A stretch of DNA of 64,000 bases from the human T2T-CHM13v2.0 reference genome, Homo sapiens: the NCBI RefSeq assembly GCF_009914755.1, contig NC_060928.1; one strand, given 5' to 3'. Made by a program: the position numbers and the translations under genes. Below the pieces are notes generated by a model. The model ran no database searches. It saw only the letters and a program-made list of their open reading frames with translations, and had not been told where the DNA came from. This document shows positions 1 to 13,724 of this stretch, one piece after another (within the stretch, counting starts at the first letter, position 1; every line of letters begins with the position of its first letter).

Positions 1-192
1 GTGAACATGTCAATTAGCCTGAAAGGAAGCACAATTTTTATTCCCTCCTATCAAGTTCAGGCAGGCAAATATCCTGACAGAGATTTAAGAGTTCCAGGAG
101 GTCGCTTCTATCACTGGTCTCCCAGGCAAGGAAAGATGCTAGTTTTCACAGCTAACTAAAATGCTCTGAAAGCTGACCTTGGGCTGTTTCTT

Positions 193-621
193 TTTCTTTT
201 TTTTTTTTTTTAATTATACATTAAGTTCTAGGGTACATGTGCAGAACATGCAGGTTTGTTACATATGTATACATGTGCCATGTTGGTGTGCTGCACCCAT
301 TAACTCGTCATTTACATTAGATATATTTCCTAATGCTATCCCTCCCCACTTCCCCCACCCCATGACAGGCCCCAGTGTGTGATGTTCCCCTTCCTGTGTC
401 CAAGTGTTCTCATTGTTCAATTCCCACCTATGAGTGAGAACATGCAGTGTTTGGTTTTTTGTCCTTGCGATAGTTTTCTAATAATGATGGTTTCCAGCTT
501 CATCCATGTCCCTACAAAGGACATGAACTCATCCTTTTTTATGGCTACATAGAATTCCATGGTGTATATGTGCCACATTTTCTTAATCCAGTCTATCATT
601 GATGGACATTTGGGTTGGTTC
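193..621 (-). mobile_element. 5'-truncated L1PA 3' end
   Basis: Poly-T followed by antisense L1 3'UTR/ORF2 end; 13-bp TSD tgggctgtttctt at 180-192 and 622-634. Confidence 0.95.
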
Positions 622-898
622 TGGGCTGTTTCTTAACCTCTCCTCCAGCAGAATGGGATTGGAGGGTGCTACCAGCACACAGGCCCAGGAGCAGAGGTGG
701 GAGATGGCTATTGCTTCACTTCTTCACTTACCCAGACTGAAATGAAAGCTCATTTTCTTCAGTTTGGATGATTGGAGATATTTTAAAAAAAATGAATGGC
801 AATAAAATCTTCAACAAGGGGGCATTTCATAAAGTAAAATTTTGGATTCAAATTTTACTAATATTTTGGCTGTAGATTACACACAGTTCGTGCAATAG

Positions 899-1211
<313 letters not shown>

Positions 1212-2475
1212 TTACTGTACTTTTATTAGGGAGCCACTTGATACTTTAATTCTACTTTTCACATACCACCTAGTGTGTTCAAGATGCTCGACTTCTTAAG
1301 GGCAGATTTTATTTTATTCATCCATGTCGCCTCCACAGCATCTGTTTAGCACCGTGCCATAAACAAATGCTTGTTGCTGCTCTCAGGTCTCAGCACCACA
1401 TCTCACTGATATTTCCTCACCTCTTGTGATGTAGAAATCAGATCCTATATTCCTCGGGTGTATTAGTTTATTCCATTAGTTTATTCCAGGATTTACTTAT
1501 TTTCTTCCAGTCCCCATTTCCATCCATTTTCTCCAGTCCTATTTTTTTTTTCCTTTGGTCAGTCCTACTGCCTAATGATTAGACAGGTGACAGAAAACAT
1601 GCAAGTATGGAAGATCATCAATAAATATGCATCATTTGATTGACTGAAAGTCATCAGAGGAGGCAGAACAAGAAAAGTCAAGGACGGTATGACAGAAACA
1701 AAAAACTATATAGAACATAAGACAAAGTGGTACCTTAGGGATGTCTGATCATCCTCTAAACACAGAACAAGAACTCCCTATATAAAATACAATAATCTAA
1801 AATTTACCATACAATTTGGTCTTTGTGTTCTGTGTGTCAGAGGCCTACCATCATCTGTGATATTCACAGACTCTTGTCAGTGAAAAGAAAGAAGCCCCAG
1901 GCATTCTGTTGGGAGCTTCACTAAAATATCCCCACCAACAAGAGGTGCTTTCTCATTAAAGTCTCAGGAGTTTCTGTTTTTAAGGCCAGAAATCTTTTTT
2001 AAAGAATTTTTTTTTAATTTACCTCTTCTCTTGACCAAATAAGGATATTCTTCCACAGAATAAACTGGAATATTGGCACGTTAGTCTCTTTGACAAATTC
2101 ATGAATCCTTGAGAATTAAGAAGGTTAATGTAATTAAGTTAACCCCAAGTTAAGAAAGTTCATTAGGAAAATTATAAATCCATATTGTTTATATTTTCAT
2201 TGTTAAATATGGCTCTTTATAATAATAAAATTCTGCACTATGGTGATAGGTATCACATAAAAATGCATAACTTATCTAATGGATCATTCCGTAAAATATA
2301 ATAGGAGATGAATTCAAGGCACTCTTGGCTTTCTCATTGGTTTGGTCACACATCATGCAAACAAGTATTTACAGTGTTAATTATTCTCCCTTGTCATGAA
2401 TAGATCTTCCTCTAGGGCTGAGATAGGGAAAGATGCAGGGAAAAGGATATGGAGCATTGAAAATTACTGTAAAAA

Positions 2476-2764
2476 CCATCATTCTGAGCAAACTATCACA
2501 AGGACAGAAAACCAAACACCGCATAATTCTCACTCATAGGTGGGAATTGAACAATGAGAACAACTGGACACAGGGTGGGGAACATGACACACAGGGGCCT
2601 GTCGTGGGGTGGGGGGAGTGGAGAGGGATAGCATTAGGAGATATACCTAATGTAAATGACGAGTTAATGGGTGCAGCACACCAACATGGCACATGTATAC
2701 ATATGTAACAAACCTGCACGTTGTATACATGTACCCTAGAACTTAAAGTATAATGAAAAAAAAA
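2476..2764 (+). mobile_element. 5'-truncated L1PA 3' end
   Basis: L1 3'UTR plus poly-A; 17-bp TSD gaaaattactgtaaaaa at 2459-2475 and 2765-2781. Confidence 0.95.
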
Positions 2765-2852
2765 GAAAATTACTGTAAAAATATTAGATTTTTCAAGTTA
2801 AGTGAATTTTAAAGTTAATTTCTTATCGTCTTAAACCACATTTCAGTATATA

Positions 2853-2945
2853 AAGTCATGTGGCACATAAGGACATTTCGCCAACACCAGACCACATATA
2901 ACAATGGTGGTCCCGTAAGATTAAAATACCACATTTTTACTATGT
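2853..2945 (+). mobile_element. Tigger3/MER7-like DNA transposon fragment
   Basis: agtcatgtggcacataaggacatttcg...ggtggtcccgtaagatta resembles the Tigger3 terminus. Confidence 0.6.
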
Positions 2946-3042
2946 TAAGCTCACTAATGAATAGTCATAGTCAATTCTCAGTCCTCAGACACAGCTTCCT
3001 CTGCTACTTTTTTTTACTTTTTCCACTTGTCTCATTGGCTAC

Positions 3043-3483
3043 TTTTTTTTTTTTTCAGACAGGGTCTCACTGGTGCAATGACAGCTTACTGCATCCTTGA
3101 CCTCCCAGGCTCAAGCAACCCTCCCACTCCAGCCTCCTGAGTAGCTGGAACTACAAGCACATATCACCATGCCAGGCTAATTTTTTTCTATTTTTTGTGC
3201 AGACAGGGTCTCACTGTCCTGCCCAGGCTGGAGTGCAGTGGTACAATGACAGCTCACTGCACTCTTGACCTCCCAGGCTCAAGCAACCCTCCCACTCCAG
3301 CCTCCTGAGTAGCTGGAACTACAAGCGCATATCACCATGCCAGGTTAATTTTTTTCTATTTTTTGTACAGATGGGGTCTCACTGTCTTGCCTAGGCTTGT
3401 CTCAAACACCTGAGCTCAAGTGATCCTCCTGCCTCAGTCTCCCAAAGTGCTGAGATTACAGGCATGAGACATTATGCCTGGCC
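3043..3483 (-). mobile_element. AluJ with duplicated right monomer (trimeric)
   Basis: Two near-identical right-arm copies (3057-3200 and 3201-3368) precede the left arm. Confidence 0.85.
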
Positions 3484-3499
3484 AGCTACTCTTTTTCAG

Positions 3500-4340
3500 A
3501 CTCCTCCATGACTAATAAACACCCCAAACTTAAAATGCCCGGAAGTAAACTTCCTCCCCCAACCCCTACCCCTACAATACTTGCCTAACCTGTGCTATTT
3601 TCTGTCTTGGTCGTTGTTGATGCTTCTGTTTCTCTGAGACCAACATACAGTCTGTTAATTCCATCTTCAAAATGTGTCAGGCATCTGACCACTTATGTTT
3701 ACTGTCACTGCTCTCACTGTGATCCAAACCACCGTCATCATTCACCTGGATCACCAAAACTGCTTCCTACCTGGCCTCCCTGCTTCTGCTCTTGTTCCCT
3801 ACAGTGTATTCAACAGACATCAACCAAAGTGATCCTATTGAAAAAGAAGTTAGGTCCAGTCACCTCCTTGTTCAAAATCCATCAGAGTAAAAGCCCAAAT
3901 CCTTACAAGGGCACATAAGTCCCCACATGGCCCGGTCCTTTGTCACTTCTCTGACACCATCCTTTGCAACTCTCACCGTGGCTCCCTTTACTGCAGCCAT
4001 GCTGACCTTTTTTTTTTTCCAGAACAAAGCAGTGCCCCTCAGGACATTTGCAGTGGATGTTCCCTTCGTTTGGAATGCTCTTCCCCCAAATGCATGTGTA
4101 GTTCACTTCCTCACTGCTTTCCAGCATTTCCTAAATGTTCACCTTCTCACTGAGGTCTTCCAGAATCACCCAACTTACAATTAAATCCCCCGGCTGTAGC
4201 ACTGCTGATCTTTCACTTCCTCACGTTGTTTTATTTTTTTTCTCATTCCACTTATGACCAGTTAACATTCTGTGTTACTATTTGTTCAGTTTATCATCTG
4301 CCTTTCCCCACAACAGTGTAAGCTTTAGGCACATTTATAA
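3500..4340. mobile_element. Old L2 fragment
   Basis: Degenerate L2-type motifs (ctggcctccctgcttct, tggaatgctcttccccca, tgtaagct). Confidence 0.6.
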
Positions 4341-5874
4341 GCTGTTATTTGTAAATTAGGCACTCATTAAATATATTTAATTAATAAGTAATTAATGTGC
4401 AACAGGAACACAGTATTTTTCCACAAAAGGCTGAAAAGAGTACTCTTAAATGTCCCTGATCTCTCTATATATTTGTTCTTCTTTCTTGTCACCAATTTTT
4501 CCCTTGCCTCAATTTTTCTCTCCCAGTGAGTGTCTGACAGGACATGCATCTTCAAGGCTTAGAAACCGCTGATCTAAAGCCCAGCGTCAGATCCACTTCA
4601 CCCATCTCACAAGAGATTCGGTCTCTTCTCAAGTGTCCTCAGAAGCAGAGAATTTATGTACAGCTCTATTGTGAAAGGGTTTATAAAATTAACATGAAAT
4701 TAGGATTGCTATAACTTCCAAACAACAGTTCTGTTTTTGTTTTTGAGGAAAGCTTTGAATAATTCTTTACCCTCTTCCACATGAAATCTCTTCAAGTATT
4801 AGAACAGAAAAAATATATTCCTTTTGATTCCAAAGTCTTCAAAGTAGCATCCATTCCTCATATTAATTGAATGATTTAAAATTTTAGAACATAAAATTTA
4901 ATCTAGAGTAATTAGATCTCCCAATAAGATACAACTATAGAATTAGAAGAGGTGGAAGCTGTACTAACATGCAACATGAACAAAATAAAGCCTGCAGAAG
5001 TTGGGCGGACTTGTCCAAAGTCATCCACAAATGGTCATGTTGGCATCAGTTTCAGGTAAAGTGAATTTCCCTAACCCCCACCCCAAGCAGTGTTCTCTCC
5101 ACTACACCGTATTTCCTCTCACTTGATTACTTTAACCAAAGTTATTCTATTTTGTCAGTATAGCTAGTGGATTATAATAAAGACTGCTGTTTTTCTAGAA
5201 ATATCTAAACCATCCTCTGAGAAGGCCAAGGTAATCCATCCATGGACGCAGCATTGCCCCTCCCTTATTCTGAGGTATTGCTGAAATTCTTTCCATAAGC
5301 AGAAAGCTCAACTGATTAGAATTCTTCCGAGATTCAAGATCCAAACTAAAGTTATGAATAAAAATGCAGTATTATTCAAAGAAGAAGGCAGATAGCAAAC
5401 TCCTGAGCTAAATAAATTTTTTTAAGGTTCAGGTTTTAATATTAGCACAGTTAAAAACTACACACATTTTCAGGAAAAATAAAAGTTACTGAGATATTGT
5501 CTTTAAATATACAAAATCTAAAGCTAAATAAACACTCATAAAGAAAAACCTGCAGAATCCAGGGACAAAAAGCTTAGAGGTAAAGAAATAATAAATAAAC
5601 GAAGAACACATTTAAATCAAATACTTATGAAGAGAATTTGATACCAATACTTAGTATCAAATACCAAGTACTTTATAATCAAATACCTATGAAGTCTCAC
5701 CAATATCCTGTGCATTCTCAGGATCTTAAATCTGAGCAAGAACCAAAGCTTTTCTTGAGTAGAAGAGATTCGCCAGAGGGAAGCAATCAATAGAGGATAG
5801 GTGATGTGGAAGATGCAGGAGTGCGGAAAATGCCTGCCTGAGGGGAGGATCCCGCTTCTATTCTTTTTCAGAAT

Positions 5875-6620
5875 TAACATTTATAGCACTTTCTCTATGC
5901 TGGTGGCTGTGTTCTAGGCAATTTAAATACATTATCCTATTTAATCCTCACAACAGTCCAGTCAGCTAGGTATTGCTATTTTTATTCTCACTTTACAGAT
6001 GAAGAACTTAGGGTTCAGTAGTTTGGCAACTTGTCCAAAGATACCAGGCAAGGAAGTGGCCTAACTGGGATTCAAACTCAGAACTTGTCTAGCCTCAGTA
6101 TTGGATTCTTCACCACTATGCTTCATTGTCTCTTGGTAAATTACTAAACAATTAAAACATCCACCTTCCCAATCATTTCCTAAGGAAACACTGAACCTCC
6201 AAGTTTCCCAGTCACCCCTCAGGGACTAGATTCCCAGGCCTACTGCTCACTAGCTTTGTGAAATTGAGCAATGTCCTTAACCTCTCTGGGCACCATTTTC
6301 TTCATCTGTAAAATATCGTAATAACATCTCACAGAGTTATTATAAAAATTAATTGCATTAATATATGGGGGAGCGTAGCCTCCCAGTTAAGAACACTGGC
6401 TCTGGAGTCTGACACTTGTTTGAATCCAACTCTGCTTTCTATATTTGTTGTGATCTTAGGGGAGCTGCCTATTTTTCTCAGGCTTAGTCACCTTGCCCAT
6501 GCATCAGAGACAATAATAGCACTTTCCTCACAGGTGGATATAAGGCTTAAAAGAGAAAATCTTTGCAAAGTATCTGGCACACAGAAAGTGCTCAATAAAC
6601 CTGGCAACTACAAAGATTAG
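5875..6620. mobile_element. Cluster of MIR fragments in both orientations
   Basis: MIR core motifs such as tttacagatgaagaa and ttcatctgtaaaat. Confidence 0.6.
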
Positions 6621-7202
6621 TTTTTATTAATATGAGTAAATAAAACATGGTTTACTAGGCAGGTGATAAAATAGAAATGTGCAACCTAAAAAAAAAATGA
6701 CAGTATGAAATTAACATTATACCAAGGGCAATAATATTTATAATAAGATGACTAAAATTGATTTAATTAAAAGCAAGGACTCTCAAATTGAACTGCAAAA
6801 GCAAATTTAGAGATTTGCTACTTATGGAGATATATCTAAAGTCAGATGATACAGAAATATTAAAAATAATAATGTTGACAATAAAATATATGTGTCATGA
6901 GTAGGAGAGCATAGAAAAAGAATATAAAATAATGTCTATGTGAACTAAATTGGTGGTAATATTACTAAAGTGAAAAACATTAAAAATAAATCAGTCTATG
7001 GTCAGAAACAAAATAAAATTTTAAAAGTCATTGGGAATTCTAAAAATGATTTTAAGAGATAACATTAACAGTTACATATAAAATTTTCTAAGATTCAGAT
7101 AATATATCAATTTCAACTACTCATGCAATATTTACCAAATATAATAGCATGCAAAGAAAATAAAAAATACTATAAAGACCACATTTGATTTTTTTTCAGT
7201 TC

Positions 7203-7681
7203 TGATGCAGGGCAGGCGAGCCCCAAAATTGGGGCGTAGCCTGGGAGGATTCTTGACTTCGCCCAGAAAAGAATGCAAGGAGGAGCCAGTGGTGTTGGAC
7301 AGCAATTTTTATTGAGAGGGCAGTGCACAGCAGCAGCAGAGGTCCTGCTCCTTATGGAGCAGGGTTACCCCACAGGCAGTGTGCTAAGTGTAGCACTCAG
7401 AGGCAGTTCTGCAGTTGTATTTATACCAACTTTTAATTATGTGCAAATTAAGGGGCAGATTATGCAGAAATTTCTAGAAAAGGGCTGGTAACTTCTAGGT
7501 TGTCAGGTCGTTGTCATGGAAAGGGGCAGTAACTCCTGGATGTTGCCATGGCAATAGTAAACTGACATGACATTAGCAGGTGTGTCTTATGAAAAGGTGT
7601 TTCTATCCTGTCCCTGTTTTAGCTCAATTTAGTCCAGTGTCCAAGCCCCTCCTCTAGAGTCACATTCCACCTTCTACCTCA
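7203..7681 (-). mobile_element. ERV1-class solo LTR (LOR1-like)
   Basis: TG...CA termini with 4-bp TSD gttc (7199-7202 and 7682-7685). Family name is from memory. Confidence 0.75.
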
Positions 7682-8099
7682 GTTCTATAAATCTAAAAAA
7701 TTGTTTTCTTCACTTAACAGAGTTAACACCTCATCAGTTTAATGGAATAAAAGCAAACTTAAAAATTAAGATAATCATGTTTCTTAACACTGAGTGAAAT
7801 CTCTGGAGCCAAGGTTGAGTATCTTTGATTTGATCTGCGTTGTAATAGGGAGAGACAAAGGGTCCCAAGATCAAACTAACATATCAAGAAGCAGATTAGC
7901 TGTAATCCTCATGTTAGATATATTGGGCATGTGCCCTAGAGGTAAAAAATTTTCTTTAGGTAGTTTGAGTTTTTTTCTTTGTCCACTTGCCTGCAGTGAG
8001 TAGCAAAACTACATAGGAACAAATGTATTTACATATTAATTTCTAAAATATTTTCATATGCTTAATTTGCGTTCTGTAATTGCTAAAGTTCCTAAGGAA

Positions 8100-9257
8100 T
8101 TGGTTTTAGACCCACTTCTCATCTGTCACTATTCTCTTTACTTAGAAAATTTCTCTTTTAAAGATATTCTTAGTGTTCTGCAGTGTTTCTTCACTGCACA
8201 TATACTGAATTATTTATGTTGATTGAGATTTTGGTTTTTTCTTCAATTTGAGGATGTACACCTTTGATCAATTTTGAAAATTCATAGGCATTTTCTCTTC
8301 AATTACTGTCACTTCTCCCTTCATTCTATCCTATCTTTTTGGAATTCCTAACAGAGGTGTATTAGTAATTCTACTGCTTTCTTCATAAAGAGATTAACTT
8401 TAATCTCTCTTTAATAATAGCCATCCATTTGTCTATAATCTGTGATATTTTCTTGGCTCTATCTTCCAATTTCCTAAGTTTCTGCCTAGTAATAACCTAC
8501 CAATTGATTTCCATTGTCTTTGTAATTTAACTTATTATAATTATTTCAAGAATTCTGTTTTTTCACTGTCTGTTGTTCTGTTACATGTTAATTTCTTACA
8601 ACATTTTTATCATTTTCCATATTACCATTATAGTCTGCTTCAGATTATTTATTCATTCAAATAATTACAGTGATAATTTTCCTTTTTATTGTGTCCGTAA
8701 TCTTTGGTTCGTGGCAAATGAATTGTTTACATGTTAATTTTTAATTATGTACTTCTTTCTGTGGGGCTTGCTTTTCTTGCTGGTGTTTTCCATACTTAGC
8801 TTGTAGTGAGAATGACCATCCAGAGAAATTTTACATTAATTCTATGCCTCCCAAGGGTATCCCAAGGGTCAACTTTTATATTACTCTCTCAGTTGGAGGG
8901 TTCTGACCTTCTCGGGTACTACAAATTTGTACTCCAAACCAAAATGACATAGGTTCATTTGATTGCTTAGAGACTTTTTCCTAGACACTAGACAAATATG
9001 AGCTTCCATATCAAATGCTGGGTCAATGGGTGGATATTTGATGCCCACCTTTCACTGAAGCTTCAATTTACTATGATCCGGACTTTACTGAAGGAGTTTT
9101 TCATAAAGAGCTCTGAATATTTGCCTTGGGAAGTCCATACATAGGTATTAAAATGCAAGCCCCATGGCTATTTCCAGGTGTAGTAGCACTCCACCTCCGT
9201 TACCAAAACTACCAAAGCATCCACTCCATGCTTACTGAGTTTCATTCCTTAAAAAAA
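8100..9257 (-). mobile_element. Ancient L1M-like fragment
   Basis: T-rich degenerate L1 antisense character; boundaries approximate. Confidence 0.45.
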
Positions 9258-9267
9258 TATGTATATG

Positions 9268-9303
<36 letters not shown>

Positions 9304-10146
9304 GATATATATATATATATCTCAAATGGTAGGTTATTACTAGGCAGAAACTTAGGAAACTGGAAGACAGAGCCAAGAAAATATCACAGATTATAGAGAA
9401 ATGGATGGCTATTATTAAAGAGATCTTAAAGATAATCTTTTTATGAATATATCCTCTTTATATATATATATATCCTACTGTGTGTATATATATATCTAAT
9501 ATATATAATGTAACATATGTAATATAATATATATATCCTAGAGTGTGTGTGTGTGTGTGTATAGATAGATATATATACTTTTTTTTAAGGAATGAAACTT
9601 AATAAGCATGGAGTGGATGCTTTGGTAGTCTTGGTAATGGAGATGGAGTGTTACTACACCTGGAAATAGCCATGGGGCTTGGATTTTAATACTTATGTAT
9701 GGACTGTCCAAGGCAGATATTCAGAGCTTTTTATGAAAAACTCCTTCAATAAAGTCCGGATCATAGTAATTTGAAGCTTCAGTGAAAGGTGGGCATTAAA
9801 TATCCACCCATTGACCCAGTATTTGACATGGAAGCTCATATTTGTCCAGTGTCTAGGAAAAAGTGTCTCAGCAGTCAAATGAACCTATGTCATTTTGGTT
9901 TGGAGTACAAATTTGCAGTACCTGAGAAGGTCAGAAACCTCTAGCTGAGGGAGTAATATAAAAGTTGACCCTTGGGATACCCTTGGGAAGTGTGGAAGAA
10001 ATGCAAAAATTCTCTGGATGGTCATTCTCACTAATAGCTAGATATGGAAAACACCAGCAAAAAAAAACAAGCCCCACAGAAAGAAGTACATAATTAAAAA
10101 TTAACATGTAAACAATTCATTTGCCATGAACCAAAGATTACAGACA
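8692..10146. repeat. Long inverted repeat, arms 8692-~9257 and ~9579-10146 (~565 bp each)
   Basis: The arms align by eye as reverse complements along their whole length (e.g. cccaagggtatcccaagggtcaac / gttgacccttgggatacccttggg), at roughly 90% identity. Confidence 0.95.
9322..9447 (-). repeat. Inverted copy of 8382-8507
   Basis: ggtaggttattactaggcagaaacttaggaaa...ggatggctattattaaagaga is the reverse complement of the sequence at 8382-8507. Confidence 0.92.
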
Positions 10147-10171
10147 TATATATATGTATCTCCTTATTGTA

Positions 10172-10205
<34 letters not shown>

Positions 10206-11988
10206 TATATATATATCTATGGAATATATATATATATCTATGGAATATATATATCTCTATGGAATATATATATATATGGAATATATATATATCTCTATGG
10301 AATATATATGGAATATATATATCTCTATGGAATATATATATATATCTCTATGGAATAGAGATATATCTATGGAATAGAGATATATCTATGGAATAGATAT
10401 ATATCTATGGAATAGATGAGATATATATATGGAATAGATGAGATATACCTATGGAATAGATGAGATATATCTATGGAATAGATATCTATAGATATATATC
10501 TATGGATAGATTTCTATAGATTATATCTATGGATAGATAAGTATAGATATATATATCTATGGATAGATATGTATAGATATATATATCTATGGATAGATAT
10601 GTATAGATATATATATCTATGGATAGATATGTATAGATATATATATCTATGGATAGATATGTATAGATATATATATCTATGGATAGATATGTATAGATAT
10701 ATATATCTATGGATAGATATGTATAGATATATATATCTATGGATAGATATGTATAGATATATATATCTATGGATAGATATGTATAGATTTATATATCTAT
10801 GGATAGATATGTATAGATATATATATCTATGGATAGATATGTATAGATATATATATCTATGGATAGATATGTATAGATATATATATCTATGGATAGATAT
10901 GTATAGATATATATATCTATGGATAGATATGTATAGATATATATATCTATGGATAGATATGTATAGATATATATATCTATGGATAGATATGTATAGATTT
11001 ATATATCTATGGATAGATATGTATAGATATATATCTATGGATAGATATGTATAGATATATATATATCTATGGATAGATATCTATAGATATCTATCCATAG
11101 ATATATATCTATAGACAGATATCTATGGATAGATATGTATAGATAGATAGATATCTATGGATAGATATCTATAGATATATATATGGAATAGATAGATATC
11201 TATAGATATATATATGGAATAGATAGATATCTATAGATATATATATGGAATAGATAGATATCTATAGATATATATATGGAATAGATAGATATCTATAGAT
11301 ATATATATGGAATAGATAGATATCTATAGATATATATATGGAATAGATAGATATCTATAGATATATATGGAATAGATAGATATCTATAGATATATATATG
11401 GAATAGATAGATATCTATAGATATATATATGGAATAGATAGATATCTATAGATATATATATGGAATAGATAGATATCTATAGATATATATATGGAATAGA
11501 TAGATATCTATAGATATATATATGGAATAGATAGATATCTATAGATATATATATGGAATAGATAGATATCTAGGAATAGATATATGTGGAATAGATAGAT
11601 ATCTATGGAATAGATATATGTGGAATAGATAGATACCTATGGAATAGATATATGTGGAATAGATAGATATCTATGGAATGGAATAGATAGATATATATGG
11701 AATAGATAGATATATGTGGAATAGATAGATATCTATGGATAGATATCTATTCCATAGATAGATATCTGTGGTTAGATATCTATTCCATAGATAGATATCT
11801 GTGGATAGATATCTATTCCATAGATAGATATCTGTGGATAGATATCTATTCCATAGATAGATATCTGTGGAATAGATATTTATTCCATAGATAGATATCT
11901 GTGGGATAGATATCTGTGGAATAGATATCTATTCCATAGATAGATATCTGTGGAATAGATATCTATCTATGGCATATATATATATCCT
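10147..11988. repeat. Complex AT-rich minisatellite (VNTR)
   Basis: Sub-arrays: ggaatatata..ctctat variants; 30-mer ggatagatatgtatagatatatatatctat (15 copies at 10561-11010 plus variants); 31-mer ggaatagatagatatctatagatatatatat (~11185-11570); ~33-mer with inverted halves (~11740-11970). Confidence 0.97.
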
Positions 11989-12202
11989 AATGCCTGGGGA
12001 TTTTCTTTCTTTCCTATGCTCTCAGCATTAACTGTATAATCTTGTTATATTTTATCAATTATTTCAAAGATAGTGCAGGACTTTCTGTGTTTATTTGATA
12101 TACCATTTTGATGTAACCAAAACCTCCTAAATGATTTCTTCCACTTTCATGAATTCTAAATTTCATCTATATTCCAACAACTTCCAAATTATATTTCTAA
12201 CC

Positions 12203-12723
<521 letters not shown>

Positions 12724-13366
12724 GAGAGACTGCTTTTGAATCTCCATTTGAATGCATATTAACATATGTTAAACAGAGTCGTGTTTTTGTTTTTATTCAC
12801 CAAACCTATTTCTCCCCTGACCTTTCCCAACACACTTAATGGCACCGTGATGAAGCTGATTGCTCAGGTCACAAACCTGGTAGTTTTTCTTGAAACCTTG
12901 ATAGCCCATTCTAGTTGATTTTACCCCCTAATAATACCTCATTTTTTACCTCCACTACCTCTAGCATAGTCTACCATCTCTCACTAGGGCTACTGGATAT
13001 GTTTCTAGTCTGTCTCCACTTTTTTCCGTCTTGCTTACCCCAGTTCATTTTCCACACAGACGTCAAGGAGATCTTCTCATTGCACGTCAAAAGAATCCAA
13101 ATTCCTTAGCAGGGTCTTCAAGGGAGGCATTCATGATCTGGGCCCTGCTGATCTCTTTAACCACATTTTGTGGCTGTCATTCATTATGCTTTAGAAAAGT
13201 TAGCAACCATATTTTCTGGATGACACTGAACCTTCTTCCAGGTCCAGAATTTTTTGCATATTATTTCTTCTGCCTGTAATGCTCTTCCTCCACTTCAAGC
13301 TTAGATCTCAGTTTAAATATGCCTGCCTCTGGGAAGCTTTGTTGACCCCTCAACCTGTAACACATC

Positions 13367-13724
13367 TGATATGGTTTGAATCTGTGTCGCTACCCAAATC
13401 TCATGTCAAATTGTAATCCTTAATGTTGGAAGTGCAGCCTGGTGGGAGGTGATTGGATCATAGGGGCAGATTTCCCCCCAGTATTGTTCTTGCAATAGTG
13501 AGTGAGTTATCATGAGATCTGGCTGTTTAAAGGTATGTGGCATCTCCTTGCCCCCTCTTGCTCCTGCTCCCACCATGTAAGATGTGCCTGCTTCCCCTTT
13601 ACCTTCCACCATGATTACAAGTTTCCTGATGCTTCTTCCCCAGCCATGCTTCCCATACAGCCTGTGGAACTATGAGCCAATTAAACCTCCTTTGCTTTTA
13701 AATTACCCAGTCTCTACTAACACA
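13367..13724 (+). mobile_element. MST-type (MaLR) solo LTR inserted in an L2 remnant
   Basis: Starts tgatatggtttgaatctgtgtc and ends ctaacaca; 5-bp TSD acatc. Confidence 0.85.

Noticed and set aside
10569-11054. 161-aa ORF of (MYRYIYLWID)n and neighbouring YI-rich ORFs
   Set aside because: By-product of a stop-free 30-bp repeat unit; no promoter or splice context.
10147-11988. CRISPR-like regular array
   Set aside because: No unique spacers, no cas genes, and a eukaryotic context; it is a minisatellite.
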